Program-made: the position numbers and the translations under genes
The notes under the pieces: model-generated
The model's database searches: none
What the model saw: only the letters and a program-made list of their open reading frames with translations
Told to the model about the DNA's origin: nothing
Assembly: GCF_947253055.1 (NCBI RefSeq)
Contig: NZ_CAMXYE010000001.1
Span: 1-62,782, forward strand
DNA from: an uncultured Arcanobacterium sp.
Lineage (GTDB): Bacteria > Actinomycetota > Actinomycetes > Actinomycetales > Actinomycetaceae
Direction: 5' to 3'
DNA length: 62,782 bases
Part shown: piece by piece, positions 10,113-20,656 of the stretch
Numbering within the stretch: the first letter of the stretch is position 1
Layout: each line of letters opens with the position of its first letter

Positions 10113-11357
10113 CTATTTATTTTCAGATTCCCGCTTATTTTCAGATTCCCGCTCTTTCACCAGAGAACCGGGACGCACACTTTGCGAACCAAAACGACGG
10201 CGAATCGCATCGACAGCCGTCTCCGCTTTACTCTGCCGTTCGTCAGCTCCGAAAGCGAGCTGCACTCCGGACTGCCCCGACGTGAGCTGCTGTGCGCGCA
10301 CTCCCAGCAGACGAATACCAGAATCAGGAAAAGGAAGAGTGGAAAAAAGTCGCTGCGCCGCGGTGTAAATATCTGCACCTAAATCAGTAGGAGCTCCGAG
10401 CGTAAGCGAGCGGGAGTAAGTCTGAAAATTACCAAAACGCACTTTTATACTTATTGTCCAGGCTAAGTAACCACCGGAGCGCAACCTCCGCGCCACTGCG
10501 TGGGATTGCTCCAATAATACTGGCTGCACTGCAGTTGGCGTAGCAAGAACTTCGAAGAAAGTCGCCTCTTTGCTAATAGATTTTTCCCGAGTCTCCGGCT
10601 CTACTGGGCGGCTATCTTCGTTCATCGCCAAGGCGTAGAGGTGTTTTCCCGCTGCCTCACCCAGCAAAGAGACTAAATTTTTCTCCCCGAGCATAGCTAG
10701 ATCTCCAACTCGCTCCACCCCGTGGGAAGCTAATTTTTGTTGCGTCTTTCCTCCCACTCCATTCAGCACTCCTACGGGAAGTTGATGCAAAAAATTTAGA
10801 GATTCTGCTTCCGGCACCAAGAGCAAACCATCTGGTTTAGCCTGCGCAGAAGCTATTTTAGCTAAATGTTTAGTGGAGGCGATTCCCACTGACGCCGCCA
10901 CCCCCACTTGAGTATGAATCGCGGTACGTATTTTTACCCCAATTTCTAGCGGTGAACCAAATAATCGGCGCACTCCGCGCACATCTAAAAAAGCCTCGTC
11001 GATAGATACTTGCTCGAATACCGGGCTGATATTTTGTAATATCTCCATTATCTGCGCAGATACACTTCTATATTTCTCTGCCTCCACCGGCAGAATAATT
11101 AACTGTGGGCAGAGCCGGCGCGCCTTTCCGACCGGCATAGCCGAATTTACTCCGTAGCGGCGCGCCTCGTAGGAAGCAGTGGAGATTACTCCTCGATCTA
11201 TTCCTCCCACCGCCAGCGGTTTCCCCCGCAGATGCGGTTTATCGAGCAATTCCACTGCCACAAAGAAAGCATCCATATCCACGTGCAATATCGGAGTCTG
11301 GGAATCGTCTTTACCCCAATCTCGCCGTAAATCTACCGGCCGCGGCCCGCGCGACAT
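10113..11357 (-). CDS. dinB: DNA polymerase IV (Y family)
   Basis: ILHVDMDAFF, SYEARRYGVNSAMP, SIDEAFLD and AKPDG motifs; ATG 8 nt after an AAGGAGG SD. Confidence 0.95.
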   Translation of the reverse strand: MSRGPRPVDLRRDWGKDDSQTPILHVDMDAFFVAVELLDKPHLRGKPLAVGGIDRGVISTASYEARRYGVNSAMPVGKARRLCPQLIILPVEAEKYRSVSAQIMEILQNISPVFEQVSIDEAFLDVRGVRRLFGSPLEIGVKIRTAIHTQVGVAASVGIASTKHLAKIASAQAKPDGLLLVPEAESLNFLHQLPVGVLNGVGGKTQQKLASHGVERVGDLAMLGEKNLVSLLGEAAGKHLYALAMNEDSRPVEPETREKSISKEATFFEVLATPTAVQPVLLEQSHAVARRLRSGGYLAWTISIKVRFGNFQTYSRSLTLGAPTDLGADIYTAAQRLFSTLPFPDSGIRLLGVRAQQLTSGQSGVQLAFGADERQSKAETAVDAIRRRFGSQSVRPGSLVKERESENKRESENK

Positions 11358-11429
11358 AGACACCGCCTCCTTGGACTAAACTCCGGCCATTCCTAGTAAC
11401 ACCGCCGCCGCATAATACGGCCAGCCTCT

Positions 11430-12446
11430 TCAGTAGTGGTGCCGCCCGCGCCGGCGCGGAGCCGAAGTGTCTCCCCGTTCTGAATTCTCCACAGCACTCG
11501 GAAGATTATCCTGCTTTTTGCCGTCTTTATCCCCCACCGAAAAAATTTCTTGCAAAGGATTATCCGTCTGCGTAGCCAAAAAACGTTCGGCAGCCTGCCC
11601 TATTTCTTCCGCACTTGGAATAGCTGGGCTTTCTTCCTCCGTCTTTACGAAGCTTTCCTCTCCCGCAGCTGAATCATAATCTTCTTCTAAATGCTCTAAG
11701 AGAGTCTGCAGCTCCGGATTCTCCGTAAGTATCTGATTTAACCCCTCTACCTGCTGATCCTCTAATTGCTCCAAATCTCCTAGCGGCAGCCGCGGGCCTC
11801 CCAAATTTGCAATCATTTTAATGGCAGCCAGAGCTCCGGAAATAAAGGGCTGCGCCCCTTTTGCGATATAAAAAGGCACCCGCACCCGGATATTCATTAC
11901 CGGAATATCGTTTTTCCCCGCATAGAATTCAAAAAGATCCGGAAGTGCCCCATAGTGCTGCACCTGCCCTTTAATAAACTTAGTGCTGCTATCAGGCGAC
12001 GTAGAGCGCAAAAGCATATCCGCTGGGCGCGTATGCGGAGCTGTACCGGGCATCGCCGCCAGCGAATAAACTTGGCGCACTTGGAAACGCTCCACTATGG
12101 AAATAATGCTTTTCGCTACTTTCTCCCAATTGAAATCTGGTTCTTGCCCACCTAGATAGAGAAAACTCTGCCCGCTCATATCCGTCACTAAATTTAGATA
12201 GAGCTCCGGAGCTACGAAATCGGCTATTTTCCCGTCACTATAGGTGACTATGGGGCGCTGCGCACGGTAATCATAGAGTTGATCGGCAGAAAAAAGGGCA
12301 ATATTCACCGCATCTAAATCTGCTATTGCCGCATCTACTGCCTGCGCCACATGCCCGGCATCGATTAAAGGATCTATCGGGTTGAGTACGAGATGTGGCA
12401 CAGTTAAATCAGCGCGCGTCTGCGCAAAAGAAATTAAATCCTGCAT
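11430..12446 (-). CDS. PAC2 (proteasome assembly chaperone) family protein
   Basis: DAGH, DQLYDYRAQRP, EPDFNWE and PHTRP motifs. Confidence 0.85.
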   Translation of the reverse strand: MQDLISFAQTRADLTVPHLVLNPIDPLIDAGHVAQAVDAAIADLDAVNIALFSADQLYDYRAQRPIVTYSDGKIADFVAPELYLNLVTDMSGQSFLYLGGQEPDFNWEKVAKSIISIVERFQVRQVYSLAAMPGTAPHTRPADMLLRSTSPDSSTKFIKGQVQHYGALPDLFEFYAGKNDIPVMNIRVRVPFYIAKGAQPFISGALAAIKMIANLGGPRLPLGDLEQLEDQQVEGLNQILTENPELQTLLEHLEEDYDSAAGEESFVKTEEESPAIPSAEEIGQAAERFLATQTDNPLQEIFSVGDKDGKKQDNLPSAVENSERGDTSAPRRRGRHHY

Positions 12447-12623
12447 TCCGCCTCCTCGTATTTCCGAAAAATCATTCTCTATCTACCAAGTATATAACGC
12501 TTACGGAAAAGCACCCCTCGAAATCACATAGGGACAGCTATTTCACTGCTCCGCAGCAATTAGTGACAGATAGGAGAAAATCAGCCATAATTATTAGGCA
12601 CAGTTTTCAGACGAGGAGATTTT

Positions 12624-14876
12624 TTGCAAGAAAACAATCTTTCGGAAAAAGCTTTTTTACAACAAGCTATTGCCGAAGAGCAGGATTTTATCGACGAAGC
12701 CTACACAGCTTTAGACCGCGATGAATCCTATTATAAAAACCGGCTCGGTCAGGTGCGCGAAGCGGGCGGGCAAGGCACCCCCGCGGGGCGGCGGGAAAGA
12801 GATTCCTTTGCCACTCACTATGAAGACAACCTGCAGATGCTGCGCAATGTGGAGAATAACCTCGTCTTAGGCAGATTAGATTTTGCCGATAAAGTACTCC
12901 ACATAGGGCGCACTACTCTTCGTGACTCTGAACAAAACATTATTCTTACCGACTGGCGGGCTCCGCAGTCCGAAGCTTTCTATCAAGCCACTGCCACGCA
13001 CCCACAGGGAGTACGGAGGCGGCGGCATATTCAAAGCCGGTTCCGGAAGGTGATTGGTGTAGAAGATGAACTACTAGATAGCGACTTTGCCGATTCCGCC
13101 GGCATGAATCTTACGGGCGAAGGAGCACTTTTCGCTGCTATGCGCCGCGCTCGGAGCGGCAAAATGGGCGATATTGTGGCCACTATCCAAAAAGAACAAG
13201 ACCAGATCATCCGCGCCGACGCCGCCGGAATACTGGTGGTACAGGGTGGCCCCGGGACGGGAAAAACTGCCGTGGCCCTGCACCGAGCTGCTTACCTGCT
13301 CTATACCTATCGAAAAGAACTGGCCAGCTCCGGCGTCTTAGTAATAGGGCCTTCTTCCGATTTTCTGCGCTACATAAATCAGGTGATTCCCTCTTTAGGT
13401 GAATCAAATGTCGTATCCACCACCATCGACAACCTATTGCCATTTGTGCAAGTAAGCGCCACTGAGCCTGCCGCTGTAGCAGCCATAAAAGAAAAAACCA
13501 TCTGGGCTCATATTGCTCGGCAAGCAGTGCGACTCATTTTGCAGAAACCTCTAAAAGATCCCGCTCCGCTGCGCATAGCAGGCAAGAATATCGCACTCTT
13601 GCCAAGCGATGTACAGGAAGCGCAACTACGGGCGCGGCGCAGCGGCAAAACGCATAACCAAGCACGCGATACCTATGCGCGTTTTTTAGTATCGGTACTC
13701 TCCGAGCGGCTCGCCGCCGAGTTAAAAACTAACGTAGCTGCTGATGAATGGATAATTAACGATATCGCCAGCAGCCCAGAAATTCGCCGCCTCATTAATC
13801 GACATTGGCTACCTGCTTCTCCGCAATGGCTATTGGAGCATATGTATAAATGGCCGGATGTGCTCTCTTTAGTTGCTCCCCAGCTTTCTGCCCGCGAGCG
13901 CCAGTTGCTGCGCCGGCAACCAGGAAATGGCTTCACCAGTGCCGATATCCCTATTCTGGATGAACTAGCAGAGCATCTAGGACCTTTCTACACTCCCGAA
14001 GAGCGCTACCAGCAGGCGCTGGAGACCCAGAAAGCCGCTGATTTTTCCGCCTATGTGCAAGAAACTATGGATTCGCTGCAACTCGGAGGAGGCATAGTGA
14101 GCAGCGATATGCTCCAAGAACGAATCGAGCAAGTAGGTGGGCGCACCTCCATGGCCGAACGCGCAGCTAGCGACCGCACCTGGACCTACGGGCATATAGT
14201 GGTCGACGAAGCCCAAGAGCTTTCCCCTATGCAGTGGCGGATGCTGGCACGGCGTAACCCGCGCCGTTCCATGACGATTGTCGGAGATTTAGATCAACGC
14301 ACAGCCGGTTCGCTGCACACTTGGGAAAACGTATTAGAAGAATTAGGGGCCAAGTATCAAGTAAAACCGCTCACGATTAGTTACCGCACTCCCCGCTCTC
14401 TTCTGGAGCGAGCCGCGCGCACTATGGCAGCCCTGGGGAAGCCGGTGCAGCCGATGCAGGCGGTGCGCGATAGCGAGAACTGCTACTATAGCCAGGAAAT
14501 TTCTTCAGCTGAATTAGAAAAAACCGCAGTGCAGATTCTAGAAGCGGAACTGCGCGCCCTGGATAGCGAATACGGAAAGAATATCGGCACTATCGCAGTA
14601 TTAGTGCCCGCAGCGCAAGTAGAAAAATGGCATAAACTATTCACCTCTGCGCCGGAGCTAGCTGAGTGGTACGCAGCAAATACGCCAGAAATTGAACAGC
14701 GCATCAAAGTGAGCAGTGCACACGGAGTAAAAGGCCTAGAATTTGACACCGTAATACTGCTGGAACCTATTCAAATAGGGAAAGAGGGACTAGGCGATTT
14801 TTATGTAGCCCTTACCAGAGCTACCCACCGAATGTGTACTCTCAGCACCGAACCACTCCCGCCAGGGTTAGTATGA
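12624..14876 (+). CDS. helD: HelD/HelR-type RNA polymerase recycling ATPase (UvrD-like)
   Basis: DWRAP, MGDIVATIQKEQD, GGPGTGKTAVALHRAAYLLY, VVDEAQELS and KGLEFD motifs. Confidence 0.85.
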   Translation: MQENNLSEKAFLQQAIAEEQDFIDEAYTALDRDESYYKNRLGQVREAGGQGTPAGRRERDSFATHYEDNLQMLRNVENNLVLGRLDFADKVLHIGRTTLRDSEQNIILTDWRAPQSEAFYQATATHPQGVRRRRHIQSRFRKVIGVEDELLDSDFADSAGMNLTGEGALFAAMRRARSGKMGDIVATIQKEQDQIIRADAAGILVVQGGPGTGKTAVALHRAAYLLYTYRKELASSGVLVIGPSSDFLRYINQVIPSLGESNVVSTTIDNLLPFVQVSATEPAAVAAIKEKTIWAHIARQAVRLILQKPLKDPAPLRIAGKNIALLPSDVQEAQLRARRSGKTHNQARDTYARFLVSVLSERLAAELKTNVAADEWIINDIASSPEIRRLINRHWLPASPQWLLEHMYKWPDVLSLVAPQLSARERQLLRRQPGNGFTSADIPILDELAEHLGPFYTPEERYQQALETQKAADFSAYVQETMDSLQLGGGIVSSDMLQERIEQVGGRTSMAERAASDRTWTYGHIVVDEAQELSPMQWRMLARRNPRRSMTIVGDLDQRTAGSLHTWENVLEELGAKYQVKPLTISYRTPRSLLERAARTMAALGKPVQPMQAVRDSENCYYSQEISSAELEKTAVQILEAELRALDSEYGKNIGTIAVLVPAAQVEKWHKLFTSAPELAEWYAANTPEIEQRIKVSSAHGVKGLEFDTVILLEPIQIGKEGLGDFYVALTRATHRMCTLSTEPLPPGLV

Positions 14877-15006
14877 CCACTTTCCGGCTCTGATTGGCGG
14901 CAACTCAATACCAGAGATATAGAATGAATCCGGATGCTCACCGAAAGAGCAGAGCTTTTAAATAATCAAATACGGGCCTATACACTGGCTAAAGGAAAGT
15001 AAAATA

Positions 15007-16224
15007 GTGGCTAATATACTACTTCTGGAAGATCCACATACTATCGCTGATACCACTTTTGAAAAATATGGTTGCCAAGTACGGCGCATCCCTAGTTCGC
15101 TCAGCGAAGCGGAGTTACTTACGGAACTAGCAGACGTAGATATTTTAGGTTTGCGTTCTAAGACTCATATCACGCGCAAAGTAATCGAATCCGCTCCCCG
15201 TTTGGCAGCTATTGGCGCTTTTTGTATCGGCACCAATCAAATCGATCTTTCGGCGGCCTCCGAAGCGGGAATTGCCGTATTTAATGCTCCTTATTCCAAT
15301 ACGCGTTCCGTAGTGGAGATGGCTATTTCCGAGATTATTGCGCTAATTCGCCATTTGCCGGCCCGCAATAAAGTATTGCAGCGGGGAACTTGGGAAAAAT
15401 CTGCCGCTGGCGCCCACGAAGTGCGCGGGAAGACTTTAGGAATCATCGGCTATGGCTCCATCGGTTCCCAACTTTCCGTATTGGCAGAAGCAGTAGGGAT
15501 GCGAGTGCTCTTTTACGACATCGTCGAGAAACTCGCGATTGGAAATGCGCGCCGCGTAGATAGTTTGGATGAGCTTTTAGCTAATTCCGATGCGATTTCG
15601 CTCCATATTGACGGGCGGGAAAGCAATGCCGGATTCTTTTCCCGCGAGCTATTTGCCAAAATGAAGCCCGGTGCAGTTTTCATAAATTTGGCGCGCGGGC
15701 ATGTGGTGGATTTAGAGGCGCTGCAAGAGGGTTTGGAATCAGGAGCTATTTCTGGAGCGGGAATTGATGTATATCCAAGCGAACCGGCAGCCAATGGCGA
15801 AGAATTCCATACTAAACTGCAAGAATTCGACAATATAATTCTCACTCCGCATATCGGTGGATCCACGATGGAAGCGCAGAAATCTATCGGTGGTTTCGTC
15901 TCCGAAAAATTGATGCAATATTGGCAGCGCGGAGAAACACATATGTCGGTGAATCTCCCCAACCTGGCTCCGTCTCCCGGAGTAGATTCTCTCTATCGAA
16001 TTGGCTGGGTACATCGAAATACGCCCGGAGCTCTGGCGCGAGTAAATCAGCTTTTCGCTAATGAAGGTATTAATATCACCTACCAGTCATTAGCTACTCG
16101 GGGCCCATACGGCTATATCGTCATGGATACGACGGCGGAGATAAGCCCAACCGTTATTGACGAACTGCAAAGTTCCCCCGCACATATCCGCTTGCGAATC
16201 CTTAAACAGCACAACGAAAATTAA
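15007..16224 (+). CDS. serA: D-3-phosphoglycerate dehydrogenase (short type with C-terminal ACT domain)
   Basis: FCIGTNQIDL, NAPYSNTRSV, GYGSIG, TPHIGGST and HRNTPG motifs. Confidence 0.92.
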   Translation: MANILLLEDPHTIADTTFEKYGCQVRRIPSSLSEAELLTELADVDILGLRSKTHITRKVIESAPRLAAIGAFCIGTNQIDLSAASEAGIAVFNAPYSNTRSVVEMAISEIIALIRHLPARNKVLQRGTWEKSAAGAHEVRGKTLGIIGYGSIGSQLSVLAEAVGMRVLFYDIVEKLAIGNARRVDSLDELLANSDAISLHIDGRESNAGFFSRELFAKMKPGAVFINLARGHVVDLEALQEGLESGAISGAGIDVYPSEPAANGEEFHTKLQEFDNIILTPHIGGSTMEAQKSIGGFVSEKLMQYWQRGETHMSVNLPNLAPSPGVDSLYRIGWVHRNTPGALARVNQLFANEGINITYQSLATRGPYGYIVMDTTAEISPTVIDELQSSPAHIRLRILKQHNEN

Positions 16225-16461
16225 AATTAGTAGTGGCTACGTTAAGAAAATAGTGGCTACGCTGGGAAAACTGAATTTAGAAATAGCAAAGAGCAGAGCC
16301 GAAATTTTCCTTCAGAAAACTCTCCGCTGCGAGTGTCAATTTTTGGAAATTACCGCTGCCTAGTATATTGAGTAGCGTTACGGCAAGCGCGGATGAGCCG
16401 TCATTTCGGTTTAAGATTTGCCCGCCTCCGAAGCAATCACAACTATAAGAGGAGAAAAGTC

Positions 16462-18309
16462 TTGGATGTAATGGCCTACGCGCACAGCCTGTACGCAGAA
16501 GGAGTAAATCCCGAAATACCGGAAGTTTCCGATACTCTTACGAATCTGCTAGATAAAGCCGTAAAAGATTATCCCGAACGAGTAGCGATTGATTTCTTAG
16601 GAAACGAATACAGCTACCGGAGGTTATATAAAGAAATACAGCGTGCCGCGAGCGTATTGCGGATGTGTGGAGTGCGCGAAGGCGATGTAGTCGCCACTCT
16701 GCTTCCCAACTGCCCGCAACATTTTGTAGCTTTTTTCGCCGTTAACTATCTGGGAGCTACCGTATCGGAGCACAATCCCATAGCAGCGGTAGAAGAAATT
16801 ACCCAACAACTAGAAGTAGTGAAGCCGCGCGTAGTTATTGCCTGGGACTCCACTATTAACCGGTTGCTGCAAGATAGCGATCATTTGAGCTACACGTTCT
16901 TAGCCGTGAATCTCATAAAGGCTCTCCCTCGCAAGTCACAACTTTTGTTAAAGTTGCCCATCAAAGCCGCGCAGCAACAAAAGGAAAAACTCACTGCTCC
17001 CGTACCGAACAGCGTGCATTCTTGGGATAATATGGTGCGCCATGCCGAACCGCTCAATTTGGATCTATTGCGTGCGCCGGATTTAGATACTATCGCCGTC
17101 TTAATTCAAACTGGCGGCACTACCGGCACGCCTAAAGCAGTACAGTTGAGCCATCGCAATATAGTTTCTAATACCACCCAGATTCGCTGCTGGATGAATA
17201 ATTTTCAACGCGGAAATGAAACGGGACTTTCCGTACTTCCATTTTTTCATGCTTTCGGGCTACAGCTCTCTTTAGCACTGTGCGTATCTCTAGCGGCAAC
17301 GCAGGTAATGGCACCAAAATTTGATGCAGATATCGTGCTCGCTGGAAATAAACGCCATCCCATCACTTTTTTTGCGGGCGTACCACCTATGTTCGATAGA
17401 ATTTTGCGCTCCGCCGCTGGCACAGATGCCGATCTTTCCACAATTCGTTTCTCTTTTTCGGGTGCTATGCCCCTCGATCCGCAGCTCGCAGCGAAATGGG
17501 AAGAAGCTACCGGCGGTTTCATTATTGAAGGCTACGGACTTTCGGAAGCTAGCCCCGTAGTAGCCGGATCTCCAGTTTCTGCTGCTCGCCGCCCTTCTAC
17601 CCTCGGCTTACCTTTCCCTTCTACCGAGATAAAAGTGGTAGACCCCGATAATCCGGATGTAGAAATGCCGCTCGGAGAAGTCGGAGAAATACTAGTGAAA
17701 GGCCCGCAAGTATTTTGCGGATATTTCCAGAATGCTGCTGAAACGGAAATCGTTTTCCATAATGGCTGGTTACGGACGGGTGATTTAGCTCGCTGGGATG
17801 ATGGATTCCTAGTAATGGCGGATCGGCGCAAAGAGATGATTATTAACGGCGGGTTCAATGTATATCCCTCCGAGGTCGAATCGGCAGTACGGGATATTGC
17901 TGGCGTAGCAGATGTAGCAGTAGTGGGAATGCCAGAAGAAGGGCTGCGAGAAAATATCGTGGCAGCTATTGTGCTCGAACCAGGAGCTAAGATAGATCTC
18001 GAAACGGTACGCCAGTGGACGGAAAAGAAACTTTCCCACTACGCCATGCCGAAGTCGATTGCAATTATGGATTCTCTGCCGCGCTCCCAACTAGGAAAAG
18101 TACTGCGGCGAAGCGTGCGCGAACAATTAGAAAATTTTGAAATGGTATCTGGAGAGTGGCGCAGAAAATTAACTAAAGAGCCGAAGCCAGATAACGATAG
18201 CGAAATTTTAGATGCGCCGGTGGCAGATGCAACGCCAAATAATTCGGAAGAAAATAAAGCTGCAGATTCTGCCTCAGAAACTGCGCCAGATTCCGCGCCA
18301 AAAGAATAA
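16462..18309 (+). CDS. Long-chain fatty-acid--CoA ligase (FadD family)
   Basis: TGGTTGTPK, EGYGLSE, LRTGD and GGFNVYPSEVE motifs; TTG start 7 nt after GAGGAG. Confidence 0.9.
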   Translation: MDVMAYAHSLYAEGVNPEIPEVSDTLTNLLDKAVKDYPERVAIDFLGNEYSYRRLYKEIQRAASVLRMCGVREGDVVATLLPNCPQHFVAFFAVNYLGATVSEHNPIAAVEEITQQLEVVKPRVVIAWDSTINRLLQDSDHLSYTFLAVNLIKALPRKSQLLLKLPIKAAQQQKEKLTAPVPNSVHSWDNMVRHAEPLNLDLLRAPDLDTIAVLIQTGGTTGTPKAVQLSHRNIVSNTTQIRCWMNNFQRGNETGLSVLPFFHAFGLQLSLALCVSLAATQVMAPKFDADIVLAGNKRHPITFFAGVPPMFDRILRSAAGTDADLSTIRFSFSGAMPLDPQLAAKWEEATGGFIIEGYGLSEASPVVAGSPVSAARRPSTLGLPFPSTEIKVVDPDNPDVEMPLGEVGEILVKGPQVFCGYFQNAAETEIVFHNGWLRTGDLARWDDGFLVMADRRKEMIINGGFNVYPSEVESAVRDIAGVADVAVVGMPEEGLRENIVAAIVLEPGAKIDLETVRQWTEKKLSHYAMPKSIAIMDSLPRSQLGKVLRRSVREQLENFEMVSGEWRRKLTKEPKPDNDSEILDAPVADATPNNSEENKAADSASETAPDSAPKE

Positions 18310-18340
18310 TTAGCCCGATTGCCTACTCTTGCGGAATCGC

Positions 18341-18859
18341 CTACTCTTGGGGAGGAGTATCGGCCGACTGCGGGGATGGGGAAGCTGGCGGCGTAGGCGT
18401 ATCTGCAGAGTGCGCCTGCTCTTCACGCAGGCTTTCAATTGCTTGAGTAAAATCTTCGAGATTTTCAAAATTTAAGTACACCGACGCGAAGCGCAGATAA
18501 GCAATCTGATCGAGCTTGCGTAAAGGCGGCAATACGGCATAGCCAATATTTTGCGCTTCTACTTGAGAAAACCCCTCCGCGCGAATTGTATCTTCGACTT
18601 CTTGCGCCAATAAGGCCAGTTGATCAGCGGTCACTGACCGACCTTGGCAGGCTTTCCCCACTCCGGAGATAATCTTTTCTCTGCTAAAAGGTTCCTGAAT
18701 ACCAGAGCGCTTTATGACTGTTAAAGAAGCCGATTCCGTGGTGGTAAAACGGCGTTGGCATGCCAAACACTCCCGGCGGCGGCGAATAGACAGACCATCT
18801 TCGCTGCTGCGGGTATCGATTACTTTCGATTCAGCACTGTGGCAAAAAGGACAACGCAT
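18341..18859 (-). CDS. nrdR: Ribonucleotide reductase repressor NrdR
   Basis: MRCPFC..IRRRRECLAC zinc ribbon, ATP cone, AYLRFASVY. Confidence 0.97.
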   Translation of the reverse strand: MRCPFCHSAESKVIDTRSSEDGLSIRRRRECLACQRRFTTTESASLTVIKRSGIQEPFSREKIISGVGKACQGRSVTADQLALLAQEVEDTIRAEGFSQVEAQNIGYAVLPPLRKLDQIAYLRFASVYLNFENLEDFTQAIESLREEQAHSADTPTPPASPSPQSADTPPQE

Positions 18860-19122
18860 ACCGCTAAAATATCTATAATTCACCACTTTATGCAAGTTTT
18901 CTCTATTCCGATTATCCTAAACAACAATTTTACGAATCGGTTTTGACGATTTCTCTGCTTTCGCTATTCTTGCTGACTTCTCTATTCTTGCTGCTTTCTT
19001 CGCTTTGATTTCTTTATCCGCTTTTGCTTGGCGCAGAAAATAGAAGGCACTACGAATTTAATTCACGCAGATCCACCCAGCAGTGCATGAATTCACGCCA
19101 CTTTAACTAATTTCCCAGTAAT

Positions 19123-19707
19123 TTACAGCTGCGCTACCCCTGCATCAATATCTAAGTGCACTGGATTTTCTGCTTGCGCCGCAACACTAATTCCTGCCGG
19201 TGCACTTTCTGCTCCGAGCCCATATAGAGAGCCATCTACTACGCCTACTAAACTGAGGCCTAATAAGAAACAGATTCCAAAGCTAATCAACATTCCCAAG
19301 GTAACTAAAAGATAGGAAAAAGGAGATAAGCTCCGAGCTTTTTCGCTACTGACTTGCGAAGATTTTTGCCAATTACGCGAATTAATTTGGCGCGCACTCC
19401 CGAGACGATAAGACGACATAGCGGATTTTCGCGCACCTCGCCTATCATGCTCAGCCGAGTGAGTAATATGCACTGCAATACCGGAATGAGCAGAGGGAGC
19501 ACTCGGCACCGCTCTTAAACCTCCGCCCCGATAAGTGCGCGGAGCATCCGGGCGCACCACTATTTGCCCGCCACGAGCAGGATGTAAATTTTCCAGTTCT
19601 TTTAACTGCTGTGATTTCGGAGCCGAAACTACCCGCAGCCGTGCCGGCTGGGAAAGCGCCGCAACTTTTAGTGCAGAACTGCCGTCTACCACTGCTTTCT
19701 TAACCAT
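19123..19707 (-). CDS. Putative SOS-induced membrane cell-division inhibitor (DivS/ChiZ position, no LysM)
   Basis: ATG with GAGGAGG SD, basic disordered N-terminus, one TM segment; between lexA and nrdR with SOS boxes upstream. Confidence 0.65.
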   Translation of the reverse strand: MVKKAVVDGSSALKVAALSQPARLRVVSAPKSQQLKELENLHPARGGQIVVRPDAPRTYRGGGLRAVPSAPSAHSGIAVHITHSAEHDRRGARKSAMSSYRLGSARQINSRNWQKSSQVSSEKARSLSPFSYLLVTLGMLISFGICFLLGLSLVGVVDGSLYGLGAESAPAGISVAAQAENPVHLDIDAGVAQL

Positions 19708-19717
19708 ATTAGCCTCC

Positions 19718-19813
19718 TCGAACACTTGTTCATCGAACATCTGTTCTATACGATACTCTTTGATTTTCAAAAAGTCCAGAACACTCGTTCGAAAATTCCG
19801 AACAAATGTTTGA
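19718..19813. promoter_or_regulatory. Four LexA SOS boxes (GAAC-N4-GTTY)
   Basis: GAACacttGTTC 19720-31, GAACatctGTTC 19735-46, GAACactcGTTC 19779-90, GAACaaatGTTT 19800-11. Confidence 0.9.
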
Positions 19814-19838
19814 AATATGTGTAAAGAACAATTAGACT
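19810..19838 (+). promoter_or_regulatory. lexA sigma70-type promoter
   Basis: TTGAAA-N17-TAGACT; the -35 overlaps SOS box 4. Confidence 0.7.
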
Positions 19839-19934
19839 TACATTTAAAGTTAAACAGGCGCCTCCGAAAAAATTTTTGCAGGTCTCGCTCCCGCAGTTTT
19901 TCGTGCGTCAAGATCACCAAACTAAGGCAAAACT

Positions 19935-20639
19935 ATGGCAGAAAATATTTCCCAAAATCTCAGCGGACGGCAACGGGAAATTTTTCTCGCTATCTACAAC
20001 GCGATAGCAGAAAATGGCTTTCCTCCCACAGTGCGCGAATTAGGAGAAATAGTAGGGCTAAACTCCCCTTCTTCCGTAAAATATCAACTAGATTCCCTAG
20101 AAGAAATAGGTTTCATTGCTCGAGATCGGCGCCGCCCCCGCACTATTGAAATTACAACGCTTGGGCAAGAATACTTGCAGCACCAGATTCCTCCCGTAGA
20201 TTCCACGCCGACTCCGAGGCCCGCTCCTGCTATAAATTCCACTTCGCTGGCAGATGAATACTCAGAAGCAGTACAGGTACCTTTAGTAGGCGATATAGCC
20301 GCCGGATCTCCTATCCTAGCTGAGCAGCGCGTAGAAGAATTTTTCTCTCTCCCGCGGCAGCTCACCGGTAAAGGAGAACTCTTTATGCTAAAAGTACATG
20401 GTGAATCTATGGTAGATGCAGCTATTTGTGACGGAGATTGGGTAGTAGTACGTAAGCAAGAAGTAGCCGAAAATGGCGAAATTGTGGCAGCGCTACTAGA
20501 AGAGGAAGCAACTGTAAAAGTATTAAAACGGCAGGATGGCCACACTTGGTTACTCCCCCGCAATCCTGAATATGCACCGATACCAGGTGACGATGCAAAA
20601 ATTATGGGGAAAGTGGTAAGCGTACTGCGCGCTCTCTAG
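19935..20639 (+). CDS. lexA: SOS repressor LexA
   Basis: GFPPTVRE HTH, IAAG cleavage site, GESM catalytic Ser and ATVK catalytic Lys. Confidence 0.97.
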   Translation: MAENISQNLSGRQREIFLAIYNAIAENGFPPTVRELGEIVGLNSPSSVKYQLDSLEEIGFIARDRRRPRTIEITTLGQEYLQHQIPPVDSTPTPRPAPAINSTSLADEYSEAVQVPLVGDIAAGSPILAEQRVEEFFSLPRQLTGKGELFMLKVHGESMVDAAICDGDWVVVRKQEVAENGEIVAALLEEEATVKVLKRQDGHTWLLPRNPEYAPIPGDDAKIMGKVVSVLRAL

Positions 20640-20656
20640 CGCACAAAAGCACAGAT

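Noticed and set aside
11358..11429. SOS box upstream of dinB
   Set aside because: No GAAC-N4-GTTC found in this intergenic region
12447..12623. Rifamycin-associated element making the helicase an inducible HelR
   Set aside because: No GC-rich inverted repeat of that type is visible, so it is called only HelD-type
19708..19920. N-terminal extension of the 265-aa ORF in the track
   Set aside because: It runs through the SOS boxes and lexA promoter; the ATG at 19707 has a strong SD
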